Assembly: GCF_009914755.1 (NCBI RefSeq)
Contig: NC_060928.1
Length of the DNA: 64,000 nt
Strand: one strand, 5' to 3'
From: the human T2T-CHM13v2.0 reference genome, Homo sapiens
Shown here: positions 43,775 through 58,754 of the stretch, piece after piece
Numbering within the stretch: position 1 is the stretch's first letter
Layout of the letters: every line of letters begins with the position of its first letter
Made by a program: the position numbers and the translations under genes
The notes under the pieces: model-generated
Database searches by the model: none
The model's input: only the letters and a program-made list of their open reading frames with translations
What the model was told of the DNA's origin: nothing

Positions 43775-46700
43775 TCCCTCTAATTGGACCCTTCTGGACT
43801 TTCATGCCATCACCACACCACTGTTGCCACCATCATCATCATCATTATTATCACTATGACTGTAATTCTATCCAGGAAACTTTTCTTGTACTTTTCATAA
43901 TTTTTTTTTGCTCCATATTCCGTTTTCATTTCAGGTAATCCCCTAGAACCATTCCCGTTTCTCCTGAACTATATTCTCTGTAAGTTCCTTTAGCATATCT
44001 TTCCAGGTGGTCAACCTTCATAGTTTATGCTTATTTTTAAGTATTTCCCTTTCTCCCTCCTGTCCTTGAAATATACATTTTTTTTTAGTTCGAAATTCTA
44101 CATTTAACATTATTGTTTGTCAGTATTATGAGGAAATTATTTTTCAATAGTCTGTATGTCATTTTCGCAGTTGAGATATAGACTTTTTTTTTCTTATTCT
44201 AACGTTTCTGTTTTTGGCTGGATGTGAATGGAGGGGATCAGCAAGGGCTAGGGAACCTGTGGATTTTCCCTGGATTTATTTTGCATATATTTTGTATTTG
44301 GCATTTTGCTGTTTCACAATAGGGTGTCTGGGTATGAATTGGCTTTAATCATACTCCCTGGGCTATGATGATAGAGTCTAGTTTTTTTATTTCTTTCCAA
44401 AGTTTTCCCGTTGTAATCACTTTAAATGTTGTATATTAAACAATATGCCTAAAATAAATAAGAACTTAGTATTCAAATTTATTTTTCAGATGATGTATCA
44501 TAGCTGTTATGAGAAAATGTGTAAAATATATATTGATAAATTTCTAATTCAAATAATGCCCCATAAACATGAAGACCTATGAATCCTTTTCTCTTTATAT
44601 TAGGAGATATGATCCTGTTTGTGCCAATATTTTTCTAGTGCAACTCTAAATGTTTATATAATAATTTACCACCACCTCTTCTTAAGTATATCTGTATGCC
44701 TTGATGTGTTTCTGACAAAATTTATTAAGAAGAAATAAGAGAAAGCAAAACAACAACAAACCACATTTTTTTTTTTGCCCCATGATATTTATAATTAAAT
44801 TACATTGTATATTTTGGTATAATTGGGTTACTGGTTGAGTTTTGTAAAACAAATAGAATAAATATTGCTTATTACAGTTTATCACACAGTCCAAATAACA
44901 GCGAATTCACATACTACATTATGTAGATAATGGAACAACTAATTCATGTGGTCTACAACTGACTTTGTACTACCAATGAGACTATGGATTCCAGAATCTA
45001 GAAACCTTTTCCACACGTAAGTCAGAGTAAGAACAACTCATGAAAAAGAAAAAAATACTTAAAAATTATCCAAAGGATTCAGAATGAATTATAATGAAAT
45101 AATTATATTTCACGCCTTCCTTTAAAGATACAAAACATATTTACTCTTTTTTTCTTTTCTTCTCTTTTTTTAATAAGAATAATGGTATGATTGAAGCATT
45201 ATAAAATATCTTTAAAGGAAAATATTTAAGTAGACATATTTTCTAACAGTTGAAAACAAACAACCAAAAAGCAAAGTTAAATATGAAAGTAGACGAAGCA
45301 AAAGCTACTTTTGACTGTATTGCTAATAACAGACTTTGAAAGACAGGAAAAGTATTGAGTTTTGAACAAATGGTACAAAATAGAAGATTCTTTGTTGATT
45401 TCTGGCAAGTTCTGCTTCTACTAACTTCTAAATATAGTAATTATTTCTCTTCTTCATTGATTTTTAAATTAAATATTTTGAGAGTAATCAAAATAAGTAA
45501 ATACTTTTTTGATATTATTAATATTTTAAAATGGAGAAATTTATTCTTATGTATTGATATTATTTACAAATAAGGAAAATATCTACTGTACTTATCTAAA
45601 CAAGAAAAAAGTGACTTCCAAAGAAAACTATAACCACGTAGAATCTCGTCATCTAAAAAGGCATGGCGATCTTTACAATTTTCCCTCCTTGTTGAATAAT
45701 TACTCTCTAATTCATTAAATGGAAATATATTTTGTTACCACACATAACATTATATTTCATTTTCCAAGTTGAATTTGAATGTATATATTGTATAGGTTGA
45801 CTACGAAAAAAATAACAATTAATAAGAATATGTTTAATTTGAAACTTCCAATCAGTTTATGCACAGTTGAATATGAAAACAGTAGACCATAAAAATGGAA
45901 GCAAAAAAACAAAAAGAGTAAGTGCAAATATTTAAAACCTTGCAGACCAAGTATTAGAGTTATACATTCTGAACTCTTTTTTGGTGCCATTTTATAAACT
46001 AAAAATGAGTTTTTCATAAAGATTGATGTATTTGAATACCCAATTTATTTGGAAGCATACAATATCACTTCTTGTGGTTTATTAAATTTGTTTATTTGCT
46101 TTAAGTTTAAGAAAAACAATTCTTACATAACTGAAATCACCATATGCTAAAAAGGTAAGGAATACTCTCAAAATAGAAAATAACTACTTGTTTTTCTCAC
46201 CCTCTTTCCAACTGTTTATTACAACTTTACTGTCCCCCTAAAGCCAGGAACCTATGCTGTCCCGTGGAACTGTAGGGTTTTAATAATTATTTCTTTCCCT
46301 TCTCGTATTATGTTTTGACTTTGGGATCCATCATAAATATTAGTATTATCATCTGGATCCAATTAAATGTAATGGATATGCAGTTTTGGAAAATAACCTA
46401 CTTTCTGCCTATTAGTAAGTAATATTGATTCTTCTTTACACAAATCACTTAAATACTATAACACCTAGTAAAACAATGGTCTTTAATAGCTTGCCCAGAA
46501 TTATATATAAAGTTTTATTTTCATAGTTTAATTCAGTCTGATTATTTTCATTGTTTTTTACCATAATAGGTATGAGATTACCTACTGACATGAAACATTT
46601 TAAACATCCATAATTAAAACCAAGAGGGAAAAAGACAATAAAACTTCAAAACTAGTTTAAAGCTTTGCAGTAATATTTTACTGCCAAAGAAAGCAGATAA

Positions 46701-47918
46701 GACTTTCACACTGTGCTGAAAACTGCAGGTAATTAATTCCCATGGCACAGAAGTGAAGGAAAAGCACATTCCATATTCTCAGGGCAAAGTGTAAAAGGAA
46801 TTTGCAGGAGATCCTGTTGGATTTCAGGGTTAACCTGTAAGGGACACACAGAGTAGACTGGGGTAGGGAGGGGTTGCTGTCAAAGTATAAATTATTTAAT
46901 TGAAATGTTTGTGTCAGCTAATCATCCACAACAAGAGAAAAAGTTCTAAGTAATAAAACAAAAAGGACTTAGTACAGAGTCTGAATTCTTCACTGATTTC
47001 TCTTTTGGCTTTTCTTACTCACCCACGTATAATTTCAGGGTTAAGAGTGTCCCTGGCCTTCACATACTGTATCTTTTGATGCATAAAGACTAGAGCTTTT
47101 GTCCTTTTAATATACAAAATTCCAATTTTCATTCTCCCTTCCAGTCTGATTTCAAAAGTTACTCTGTAGTTCATCATTAATTCAGGGAAAAATGCATGAT
47201 CTCATGAATCCTGGAAATTGTAAAATAAAGACAGGAGTGGGGCAAGCTGGAGAAGACAGAGGCCTGCACACGATTAATGAGGAAAACTTGTAATTTTCCT
47301 GGGTTTTGCCAAGATTCGACTGTTTCAGAAACAAGCTTTCTGCAAGTGTTTGATACATCAGGAGGGAATATAGTAAACAATACACTAGGGGAGCTAGAGC
47401 AGATTCTAGCATCATACACAAGGCATTTATATAAGATAGGCTCTCTTTAAATTCTTCACGAGTGGTATTCAGGTGGGCAGCATTTGAATATCATGATTAT
47501 GACCATGTGTAGAATAATGAAAACATGTTTTTACCAGTGTATATTTATAATTAAAAATGCACCAAAACACTCCTTGACCAAGGCATTATCTCTCATATTT
47601 GAAGAATTAATGAAAGCAGATATTGGACAAAAAATATACAAATTCTCATCCTTCTTGAGGGAAAAATTAACAAAATGGTTCAAAGACATCTGTGCAAATA
47701 TTTCTAAGAATGATAACTCAGGAAAATACCTAGACGCTATCACATAGTTATTCCTATTTCTTTCCCTGCACTTCATAAAATTTTAAGTATTCCAGAATTT
47801 TAGAGCCTGTGCCAAATAAGAACAAAGGTTCTGCAGCTGCAGGTGCCTTGTATACATATCAAATGCCTTTGAAATTACTGGAAGATTTTGTTCACATGTG
47901 CCAGTAGATTCCTCTGGC

Positions 47919-47994
47919 AATCTGACCTACCATGCCAAATCATTTGGATAGGTGAAATCTGATTGAACATGCCAAATCATTTGGATAGGTGAAA
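47919..47994. repeat. 37-bp-period tandem duplication with a 27-bp identical core
   Basis: catgccaaatcatttggataggtgaaa at 47931-47957 and 47968-47994. Confidence 0.95.
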
Positions 47995-50900
47995 AGGGAA
48001 AGGAATGCATGTTGTTTTTTCAGGTAGTATTTTTGAAACAATGCTCAGCAAGCTATCGGATTCTAGAGATCCAGAACTCCTATCCTAGTGATGAAGGGAG
48101 GGATTGGAGGTCCAAGGAAGCTGCGTTCTGCGTTCCCCAGATGTACTTCAATCAGAACAGGTTTTCTTTCCGCTGCTTTTCTGGAAAACTTCTCTAGCTT
48201 AAGTTCCCACTTCACTACAAAGGCTGATCTGGTGTAGGTTAAAATATCCAGACCTCAAATGTACATATGTAAAACGAAAAATAAATTTTAAGTGTCCTAA
48301 TTGTTTTTACTGCTATACTATTGGAGTACACATAAGGAGTTTGCTGTCGTGGTCTTTGTCACTCAAAACGACTGGCAGCTAAAAAATGATTATTCATACA
48401 GTCTTCTCCACTCCGTTGTGTTGATTTAAATTTGGTCTTGTCACTCAATACAATAACTTAATAAGAATACAGCAGTTATTTCTAAATAGTGAGAAGAACA
48501 TTATTAGTTTTTGGAGCTGTGGCTTTCTGTTTCTGTTTTTGGTTTAATCTGTATTGAGAGCCACAGCGTGCACAGAATACTCTACAATCATCACAGTAAA
48601 ATATACATGACATTTGCAAAAGTGAAATGGTCTGAAGTCTGGATGCATGCTTTTTATACTCAAAAGCTATTATTAAACCCAATGGCCTTATAAAATCTAT
48701 TTAAAGTCAGGCAATTAATGACTGTGATGCTTATTATTAAGTACATATCTCCTGCCTTGGAACTTGAAGAAATTTAGCCACACAAGTAACAATGCTATGT
48801 TAGGTACAATAGTATTTGGTCCCAGTTTTTCACAGAAGAGAGAGAAAGAGAGAGAGGTAAGAGAAATTGATTCGGCGTGATTGATTTCTGACAATAAAAA
48901 CTCAAATCTTTCTCAACTCAGTTTTCTCCAATAAATAAAAGTTGTTTTTGTAGACAGATTTTGGTTATATTGCTATATAAAATGACATGACAACCACTAG
49001 GTGTTTGTCTAATGCCCTTTAACCTACATGCAGAAAAAGAGTAATGTACAAATTTTTATCCACTGTGTTCTCTGGGTCCCCAATAGGTTTGAAATACTTC
49101 GCTGGTGCTTATTCTTTTACCAGTCTAAACTATCGACAGGGTACTTTTCACATTCTAGCTTAAATTATAGCTTGTTACAAATAAAGCATTGTATTTAATA
49201 TGTCTTTGAAAGACTCACAAAACATAACACAGTTTCCAAAACATTGTAGGCCATATCCATATATCTATCAAACATAAATATGTGTGTATGCACATACACA
49301 CATATGAGAAATGCTGAGTTTGGAAGGAAGACACATGCTACTCACTTTAGTTTGCGCTTAGAAAAGGAAGGAGGTATTTGAATTATTCACCCTCACTTGA
49401 CTCATTCTCTGCAAATGTGTAATAAAGAGATGACCACAGTGCTCCTGAAAAATGTGGCTTCTGACACAATTCATCTTTCTAGAGGATAAAAATCACACCA
49501 AAGTTTGTAACATTTTCCCCAATACCAAAGTATTATCAAAGATAAAATAGTGAAAGCACAGTATCACTAATTTGACTCCAATGAAGTCTTTTGAAAACCT
49601 AGGATAAAATAATGTCTATTTAAATTTGTGGGTAGTAGTTCTTACTGCAAAAGCTGCCTTGCTTTCTCCTCATTACTCTCCCTCCTTCTCCTTATTTAAT
49701 TCAAATTTCTTTACTTTTTGTCATGGTCATTAAAACATAGCCAAAAAAAAAAAAAGTTTCTTGCTTTCCAAAACTATCTGAAAGTGTTGGGTTCAATTTT
49801 GGTTTCAGATTAAATTGGGATAATTACATAAGTTGTTGACAAATAAATATTCAAGAAATTTTGATGGAAGATAATCTTGGCAAACCACAACAGCTTTTAA
49901 ATTTTGCTTTAAATTAAAATTCTAGCAGTTTATTATGTTACTTTGTGCCAGGATAAGCCAATAAACCGTTCTCATATTCAAAAGAATGTTTCCATTTAAA
50001 TTTTACATTTACAAGTCTAATAAGATGTTGGAGCTCATTCTATTCACAGAAAATCTACTGAGTTGCATAACTTAACTTTATTAGAAAACCAACTCACATT
50101 GTTTCTTGAATCAATTTATCTTAGTTAATTTTTTATGATGGAATATTAGAGGTAAAATTAGAGATAATGACGGGCTCTTAAAATAAGGTTACCAAGTAGT
50201 TTAATGTAGACAGATAAGTTATGAAGATCATGTGTTCAAAGGTGCATCTTTTGAATCAGTTTTGAATTTTATATTACTTTATGACCAGTTTAATTAAATT
50301 GTTTAAAATACTCTTTTATGCCCTGTTTAATTTTAGAATATAATTTATAGAAGGTATTTTGAAAACTATATTAAGTACATTAAATCCATGTGGCATATGT
50401 TTTCATTTACAAGAGATGCCTCATTAACAATGAGACATACTATGGCCAATAAGTGTATTACTCATTCTGCATAGAAGGTACTAAATTATAGGCCAGTTCT
50501 GTGAGAATATGAATTGCAATCCTACTCTTGCAGAGTTTCAGAATTCCAAATTATGGGACATAATTGGTATATCTGATACTTAAATGCTAAGAAATCATTT
50601 TGGCAACTGGGTTTCTTCATGAATAGTATCTAATTTGCAAATGCATACCCTACATCTCTGTGCTTAAGTGATTTAAATTTGTAGTCATTTAAATTATTTA
50701 AGCATCATTGATCTGTAATTTTCTCAGAACATATATCCTGTACTATACATAAGTATATGTCAGATATAAAAAGAGAAAAAAAACCCTAATTGGCTACAAT
50801 GGTAAAACTTAAATCAATTTCTGTGAGAACAGTAAAGATCTGTACTTCATGATTATTATATAAGTGATTCCAAAAAGATAAGTTCTAATGTGAGACGTAG

Positions 50901-52089
50901 AGTTTGAACTCCTCCAGAGGATTACAGCCATCTCTATTAAACTCTTTATAGCAGTTATTTATAAACTGACAAGGGGCAAGTGTTTACAGGCCATTTATAA
51001 TCTTCTGTTGTATCTTTCCTTATGACATCACAGAAAAATGCATCCAACTGTGCTAAAATGTTTTCATGAACACAAAGAATACACACACACACTCACACAC
51101 ACACTCACTCACACAGGGGCATACACAGGCAAACACATGGGGAAGGTTTCCCAAGGTTGGGAAGTAGTAGAGATATGCTATTGAAACTGAAATTAAACAA
51201 AGAATGTCTGGCCTATCTTGTGGCGAGTAAACTACCATGGATGATTTAAAATAAAATAGAAGAGATAAAAGATGCTTAAAACTGGCACATAGAAAAGATA
51301 AAAAGAAGTATAGACCAAATTCTGCTGCTTACTAGCTGAATATGTGTGCAAATATAATACAGACTATCATCAATTATTAATGTATGCTTCATGTAGGAAA
51401 GTAACATTTGCTCCATTTTAACAAATGACAAAACAAATACAAATAGCCTGTATCTAAGTGGCTTATGATCACACAGATGTGTTTAAATGGCAAACCCATG
51501 ATTGCTACCCAAATATTATCTCAAGGTAATATCTGTAGTTTCACACAGCATGGTTGTATGGTTATATAATATTTGTAAAATACTAAATATAGTGCTTGGC
51601 ATATGGTAGATATTGAATAGTAGCTATACAGGTTTTATTAACAATTAATGCTTACTATTTGGCAGTATAAAATGAAATGATTTTGCACATCTCCTAATGT
51701 CCACTTCCATTCAATCTAAACTGATTAGGGTTAGAAATACACTTACAAATATAATATAAAAAGTGAAAAGAACATCTTAAACTACACCTCTTTTGCATCC
51801 ATTCCAATACTCTGCTTCTGATAGTGACAATAATTGCAATAAAGTTTGGTACTCAATATCCTACTGCCAATCTCAACAAATATGAATTTACTCATAGTAA
51901 TAATCCTAAGTGCCTTTGTTTATTAATTATATTTCCATAAACATCTAATGCATTTAAATTCTTCTAGAATTTTTGTCAAATCCTACAAAATATTTGTTGG
52001 GGAGCTAGTGTGCAGTTGGAAGTAGGGGAGCTCCCAGACAGTCAAATAATTCCTAGCCATATTGTAAACATAATTCTGACCTCAAACTC

Positions 52090-52385
52090 TTTTATTCAAC
52101 ATTTCTTCAAGCAATTTATCTTCAAGTCTTACAGTGATTCAAATATTGTGCAAGACACTGAGGATACAGTAGTTTGCAAAAAAGTTCACCATGCCTTGTA
52201 GCTATGAAATTTAGAAAATTTACTGGAATTCACACAATGTTAGATGCAAGCACAGTAATGAGTGATAAGTGCTTTGACAAGGAAATAACAGAGTGCTATG
52301 AAATCGAACACAAGAGAACCTTGCTCAATCAGAGAAATTCCCCCAGAGAGAATGATGTTAAAGCTGAGAACTGCTACAAATGATA
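52090..52385 (-). mobile_element. L2 3' end, antisense
   Basis: ttattcaacatt...attgtgcaagacactgaggatacagtag...gataagtgct...cagagtgctatg. Confidence 0.6.
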
Positions 52386-53389
52386 AACTGTGATTCCTGG
52401 TTTCCATTTTTCTCATGATTAGAGGGAAGCTTTTGTACTCACCAAGCCATAGTTGATGTAAATATTATAGGCACTGATTATAATCCTTACATTTGCACTT
52501 TTGGACAAAAAAAGTATAACAAATATAATTAAGAAATTAAATAAGTTATGAAGAGAATTGGTGTGGCAACTTACAAAAAGTACATTTTAAATCCATATAT
52601 AGTCAACTGTCCCTATGCCAATTGATTTGTCTGTCTTGTGTGTTTATACATGTGTGTACATAATTTTGTGATGATTCCACATTACATCTGATGACATAAT
52701 CTGTGACTTCTTGCACAATCTTTCATAACAATGAGACTGCACTTCAAACAATATACTTTGAATATCATAATCTGAATCTGAAAATATATAGCAAAATTTC
52801 AGAAAATCAAAAATAAATAACAAAAATAACACAGAAAGAAACTTGAATTATGTCAAATAAAAGAGATATATAGGCGTCGCTGTACTTCTATAAAAATGTT
52901 TCTGCTTATCTTGGCCATAAATACAGAAAAGTGAATATAATAACCCCTAGATAAAGGGGGTCTGCTGTGGTAACCTAGGAAACCCATCTAGTCACTGAGA
53001 GAGCACCATAACCAACAGCATTTTGGTAAATGAAAAGTTATATCAATTCTTACATCATGAAAACAAAAGCAAGGAAGATTTTTCTTCAGAACACAAATAA
53101 CTGAACCTAAGAGAAATTTTGTTCCTAAAGTGTGAAAATAAAATGTAAACTTCAGATAAATGATGTAACAAAATAATCTTAAAATGAGAGTTGGATTTCA
53201 GGGATTTTCATCATTCTGCTAATACTGTAGCAGAAAGTATTATATTTATATATAAAACTCAAAGTTTGGCTCACTTTTGTTACCATGTGTTGCTCTCTAT
53301 TCTAAGTGATTTACGTTTTACTCTCAAAACAATAATTAATCTTTATTTTATTCTGATTTCTCTTCATTCTACAGATGATGCAGTTTGAG

Positions 53390-53922
53390 TATAGTAGGTT
53401 TAATATACATATCCATATTCTTTGATACTCCTTTCTTCAAGGGTTGGAGTTTATTTCCACTCTTTAGAGTGTGAGGTGGACTTAGTGCCTTGCTTATTAT
53501 GAAACGAGTATAATTGAAGTGCAGTGTGTGATATACGAGACTATTTTTATCTAAGATACTGTTGCTTCCCTCTTGATTTCTCTGTCAGATCTCTTGCTCT
53601 GAGTGAAGTCAGAGAACACGGTGTTAGGATTCTCAAACATCCCTGTGAAAAGACCCACGTGGTAACTGAGGCCGCCAGCAACACATAGCAAAAATGTGAG
53701 ACCTCCTGCCAACATCCATGAGTGTGAGTTTGGAAATCAATCCTCTGGCCCCAGTGAAGCCTTCAGATAATCACATTGTTGACTGACACCTTGAATGCAA
53801 CCTTACAGAACATCATGAACCAGATAAGATGCTTCCAAATTCCAAAACCACAGAAAATAAAAACGTTTATTGCTTTACTCCACTAATTTTGGTGGTAATT
53901 TGTTAGACAGCAATAAATAAGG
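53390..53922 (+). mobile_element. MLT1F-like MaLR solo LTR
   Basis: ttctttgatactcct...ggacttagtgccttgct...ccccagtgaagccttcagat...gtaatttgttagacagcaataaataa. Confidence 0.82.
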
Positions 53923-54457
53923 TGAGTTAATTGACATGTCTAAGGGAGTAACTTGAAAATTAAGCCCAGAAAGTCTGGCTTCATAGATGACACTTTGCAT
54001 ATAAGATAGTAATATTAAAGTTAATTATTTATGAGATTCTGTCATGTGCTAAGAACTCTTCTAAAACTTACAACGGCACGAATTAGTAGATAACCCTTTT
54101 CACATTTTACTTAGGTTCAGATGGCTTATGGAACATGCCACCATGCCTCCCAGGTGAACAATGTATAATAGAATGTTAAGGATTAAATCAGAAATATACA
54201 AGTTTATTAAATTAGGGAAATAATAGAGGGATTTGATGTTGAAATTTTAATTACATTTTGTATTAGCCCTACCTACCTACAGAAAAACTATGAAAATTAG
54301 AAAAAAAATCATTTTATAACATATTTATAAATACTATAGAATTGATGATGGTACTAATATTATTTTTGACTAAATAAACAGATTAAAATAAGAAATTAGT
54401 GAGTAGATATATACTAGATGAGAGACTGAAGATAAAATGTTGCCTTAATAGTCTTGT

Positions 54458-54665
54458 CAGAAATCAGTAAAGTGCCAAATAGTAAATATTTTAGGTTTTG
54501 ACCATAAGATATCAGTTTTAACTACACAACTCTGTCACTGTAGTGCAAAAGGAGCCATGCACAATATATAAATGAATAGCCGTGAATTTTTTCTAATAAA
54601 ACTTTATTGATTAAAATAAATGGTGGGCTGCATTTGGTCTATGAGCAGTAGTTTGCTGACCCCTT
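54458..54665 (+). mobile_element. MER58A-like hAT-Charlie element
   Basis: gccaaatagtaaatattttagg...caactctgtcactgtagtgcaaaag...aataaaactttatt...gtagtttgctgaccc. Confidence 0.85.
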
Positions 54666-55064
54666 GTCAAATATAAAGAATCTGCTATGCAGGAAATAAA
54701 TGATATCTCTGTGGTATGTTTCAGTGTATAGATTACTTTAACAAACATATTGCAATCCCCAACCTTATACAATGCTGTTCAGAAATGGAAATGTGGTCAT
54801 GTAGAGACAGCACCAAAAATTAACAAATAGGATTGAGTTATACTTTCTGATCACAAATTAGAAGAGACAAGATCAGAACTGAAACTTCATAGAGGGAAAA
54901 TAAGGAAGAATAAAGCAGGATGGGTCTGAAAACATGTCAAAGAAGATTATCAAGAAACATCAAGTATGGTCAAATTACTGGAAATGTAGTGGGAAGTTTA
55001 TGTCAGCTGTTGATGCTGCATTCAAAAAGTGGACTATTAGGTGACCATTAAAAAGAACACAATT

Positions 55065-55395
<331 letters not shown>

Positions 55396-55599
55396 TTATT
55401 ATTCACAGTACAGGTAGTTATAGTCTATAAAGTTGTTGCACACACTGAATTAACAAAAAGAAACCATCGCCCCTGGGGAAAATACAGAATTAGGTTTCCT
55501 GTGGTAACAACATTTTTGTCAACCAATCAATACATAGCCTTGTTTTATGTGAGCTCTGTTTAAAGCACCTTTTTTAATACATATTTCTTACAAATAATT

Positions 55600-56093
55600 A
55601 GTTGCATGGTCTTGGAATAATTTAAAACCAGGGGCTTTGGAGGCCATGTGTGTTATATAGGTTTGTTTGCCAATGTTCTTGTAAAACAAGTCAACCTCAT
55701 CAATTTTGAAAATCTGCTCTTACACATAACCCTTTTCCTGTTTAACACTTAGTCGGTATTTTTAAAATTCTTCTGCAACCTCTTGATCTGCAGAACCTGC
55801 TTTTCTGCAAGTTTAACATTTTTCAAGCCATATTGCCTTTTGAAAAGTGTGAGCCAGCCAGCATTAGCCAAGAAGGATTTAACATTTTCATGACCCTGGG
55901 TAATGTGGCTGTAAATTTCTTTGGCTTTCAGTCCCACAACAATGCTATCCACTGTTTTTTTATCAGTCATCATCTCATGAATCCACAAATTCAGCAGCTT
56001 TTTCATATTTTCTATAGCCTCATCATTATTATAGATGTTATGGTAGCATTCTGCAGAAGCTTCACATACTAACAGGCAAATTTTTTCTTCCAT
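55600..56093 (-). pseudogene. Fossil pogo/Tigger transposase: CENP-B-type HTH and start of the DDE domain
   Basis: ORF 55749-56093 reads MKKLLNLWIHE...LKAKEIY...FLANAGWLTLFKRQYGLKNVKLA. After a frameshift near 55800 it continues AGSADQEVAEEF*...GYV*EQIFKIDEVDLFYK...TYI...KAPGFK (my translation). Confidence 0.85.
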
Positions 56094-56423
56094 TTTCTTG
56101 GTTTATCCTCTTATTGATTCATTAATATTGAACTTGCAGCCAAATGCATGATAACTCATGCCTGAATGGGGCTTATCTGTATCTTTCCTGTAAGGCACAT
56201 GGATGACTTCTTGAGCTCAGGATCACCGGACAGTGCTTCCACACTACGCTTGGGGGTCACTTTAAATAGTGAAATCACCAACAAAGGTACACAAATGGTT
56301 AAAAAAAAAAGTGGCAATAAATACACCACGAGAGGGACATTTCTTGCAGTATAGGAGCTGAAACAAAGCAGAGCATCACCTTGCTTGACCTCAGCTGGGG
56401 ACATGTGCATCAGATGATTCAAA

Positions 56424-56725
56424 TTTATTTATTTTTTTTTTTTTTTGAGACGGAGTCTCACTCTGCCGCCAGGCTGGAGTGCAGTGGCGCGATCTCGGCT
56501 CGCTGCAACCTCTGCCTCCTGGGTTCAAGCGATTCTCCTGCCTCAGGCTCCTGAGTAGCTGGGACTACAGGTACGTGCCACCACGCCCAGCTTATTTTTG
56601 TATCTTTAGTAGATATGGGATTTCACCATTTTGGCCAGGATGGTCTCGATCTCTTGACCTCGTGATCCGCCTGCCTCGGCTTCCCAAAGTGCTGGGATTA
56701 CAGGCGTGAGCCACCGTGCCAGGCC
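56424..56725 (-). mobile_element. Alu, AluSc-like, antisense
   Basis: Poly(T), gagacggagtctcactct...gatctcttgacctcgtgatcc...gagccaccgtgccaggcc. Confidence 0.96.
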
Positions 56726-57719
56726 TCAAAATGTTTACTGCTCTGCACATGGCTCCAGATAACTACAAAACTCTAGGAATATTTATTTTGAAGTTATAAA
56801 TAAATTTTAGTGAGTAGGCAAATTCATAAATACAAAATCCATGAATCCACGAGGATCAACTATATATACAAAGAAAAAGAATAAATAATATAGTGTATTA
56901 ATTTATTTGCTTTGATTCACTTATCAAAGATTGTGTAAGCATTTGATATGTGGTGCTAAACATCCATGTTAGAAGTGTATACGACAATTTGGTACCTTAG
57001 GAAGTACAAATATGTACAATGGAATAAAGCATGGTTGCAGTAGAGAAGTTAATATTTGCATACACGTGGTCAATGTTAATATCTTAGTATCCATGTGAGT
57101 TTTAATATATAATTTACATTTTGCATAATGGAAGATGAGGGCAGAAAAGAGAAAAGAAAATATGCACCTGTTTAACAATAAAATGTTTACCGTCTTTTCC
57201 TTTTCATCCTTAGTGTGCACTTCTACTCTGGCCAACACCATCCTTACTCTTACAGTTCATATTCTTCATTACCAATATATAAAAATGAATACACATATTA
57301 ATTAAATAAACTTTAAATAATTTATTTAAATTATTAATTAAATAAAATTAAGTTAAATAATGAATGAAATAAACTTTCGTGATATTAAATTAAAAGAATG
57401 ATATGGATTAAATAAACTTTGTTAATACGTATTATCTGCTTTCTTCTGATTTTAATAGCAAGGTACTCAATCTACTTAAATTATGGAAAATAGGAAAGAC
57501 ATAATTAAAAAATATATGATTTTATATTTTTATTATATTTTTAATTTTATTTTCTTACCTAGTATAATAATACTTTGACAAATGGCCTACACTGACAAGA
57601 TCAGCTTACATGCGAATGTTATTTTATTATTATTTTTTCTACATTTCATGGTCCATCACTTAAAATTTGCATATGCAATTTGGTCAACAGTGATCCGTAT
57701 GGTGAAATCATACCAAGGT

Positions 57720-57845
57720 GTGAGAGACTGAGCTCCTTGAAGGCAGGACCTATAATGTATTCAAGTTTATATCACTGGCTTTCTATACACATGCCTGATA
57801 TACAGTAGGCCCTCAGCAAATAGTCACATGATTAAACAAATAGTA
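57720..57845 (+). mobile_element. L2 3' end
   Basis: agactgagctccttgaaggcaggac...tgcctgatatacagtaggccctcagcaaat. Confidence 0.75.
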
Positions 57846-58754
57846 GATGTAGAAAAAGAAAATATTTGTTTCCTAAAATTTATTCAAAATATGTTTCTGA
57901 TATTCATTTATCGGTGGTAGAGTAGTGAAATGACATTCTAACCATGGTAGTGAATGCAAATGAAGAAAGTATATTTTCACAATGAATTGAAGTAATCTCT
58001 GCCTGAAAAAATCATTCTGACTTCTATCCACAAACTTTAGATCATTTGTTTCATCATAATTATTAAGGAAATAAAGTAATTTGGAAGGTTTTCTTGATAA
58101 AACTTAATGATATTGCAAGGGTTTTTTGTGTAAAAGAATGGTGCGTTCAAAGTTTCTCCTTACAACATTGAATGTCTTCCTACATTAATTTCATGTGAAC
58201 AATGTAGCAGAATAAAATAATTAGACTAACACAAGAAAAATGTTGTGTTAGTGAAGTGTTAGTATACACGAGCTGTAGAGTTTAGTTAGCTTAAGAGTCA
58301 TTGCAAGAATTCACTTATGAGGAGAACAGAGGCAGTGCAGATTATTAAATCCAAGCATAATATCTTCCATATGCTTAATACCTACTGACTGTGAAATCTG
58401 TTATATAGCTGATTGCATTTTAATTAGGTTTCTACTTCCTAGGTCATCAAAACACACACACATATACACTATAAACTTCTATACTTCACATAAATTGAGT
58501 GTAGTAATTTTCTGTCATCATTAAGCTATATACAATAGAATAACTTCTCAGATCTAGAGTTATAAAAGAAATGTAAAATTTTACTCATCAAAATGAAGGA
58601 TGAAAGTAGTTCTTAGTTGCATTACTTTGTAAAACAGAAAGCCATATTGAATCTTAATGTAACTGAAAGAGTGTATCCCTTTAATTGATGTTTGTACCTT
58701 TTTTCTAGCAGTTCCAATTTGATGCTCACTTTCAAAAACAGAGAAAAATATATT

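Noticed and set aside
43699-43938. ORF with a poly-His tract
   Set aside because: It comes from a (CAT/CAC)n microsatellite next to MER44A and has no other coding signal.
46860-46873. Possible G-quadruplex
   Set aside because: Only three G-tracts. The four-tract motif at about 5074-5096 is the ordinary L1 3' UTR feature.
47931-47994. CRISPR-like look: 27-bp palindromic repeat, spacer, repeat
   Set aside because: Only two copies, a 10-bp spacer related to the upstream flank, no cas genes and a primate genomic context. It is a tandem duplication.
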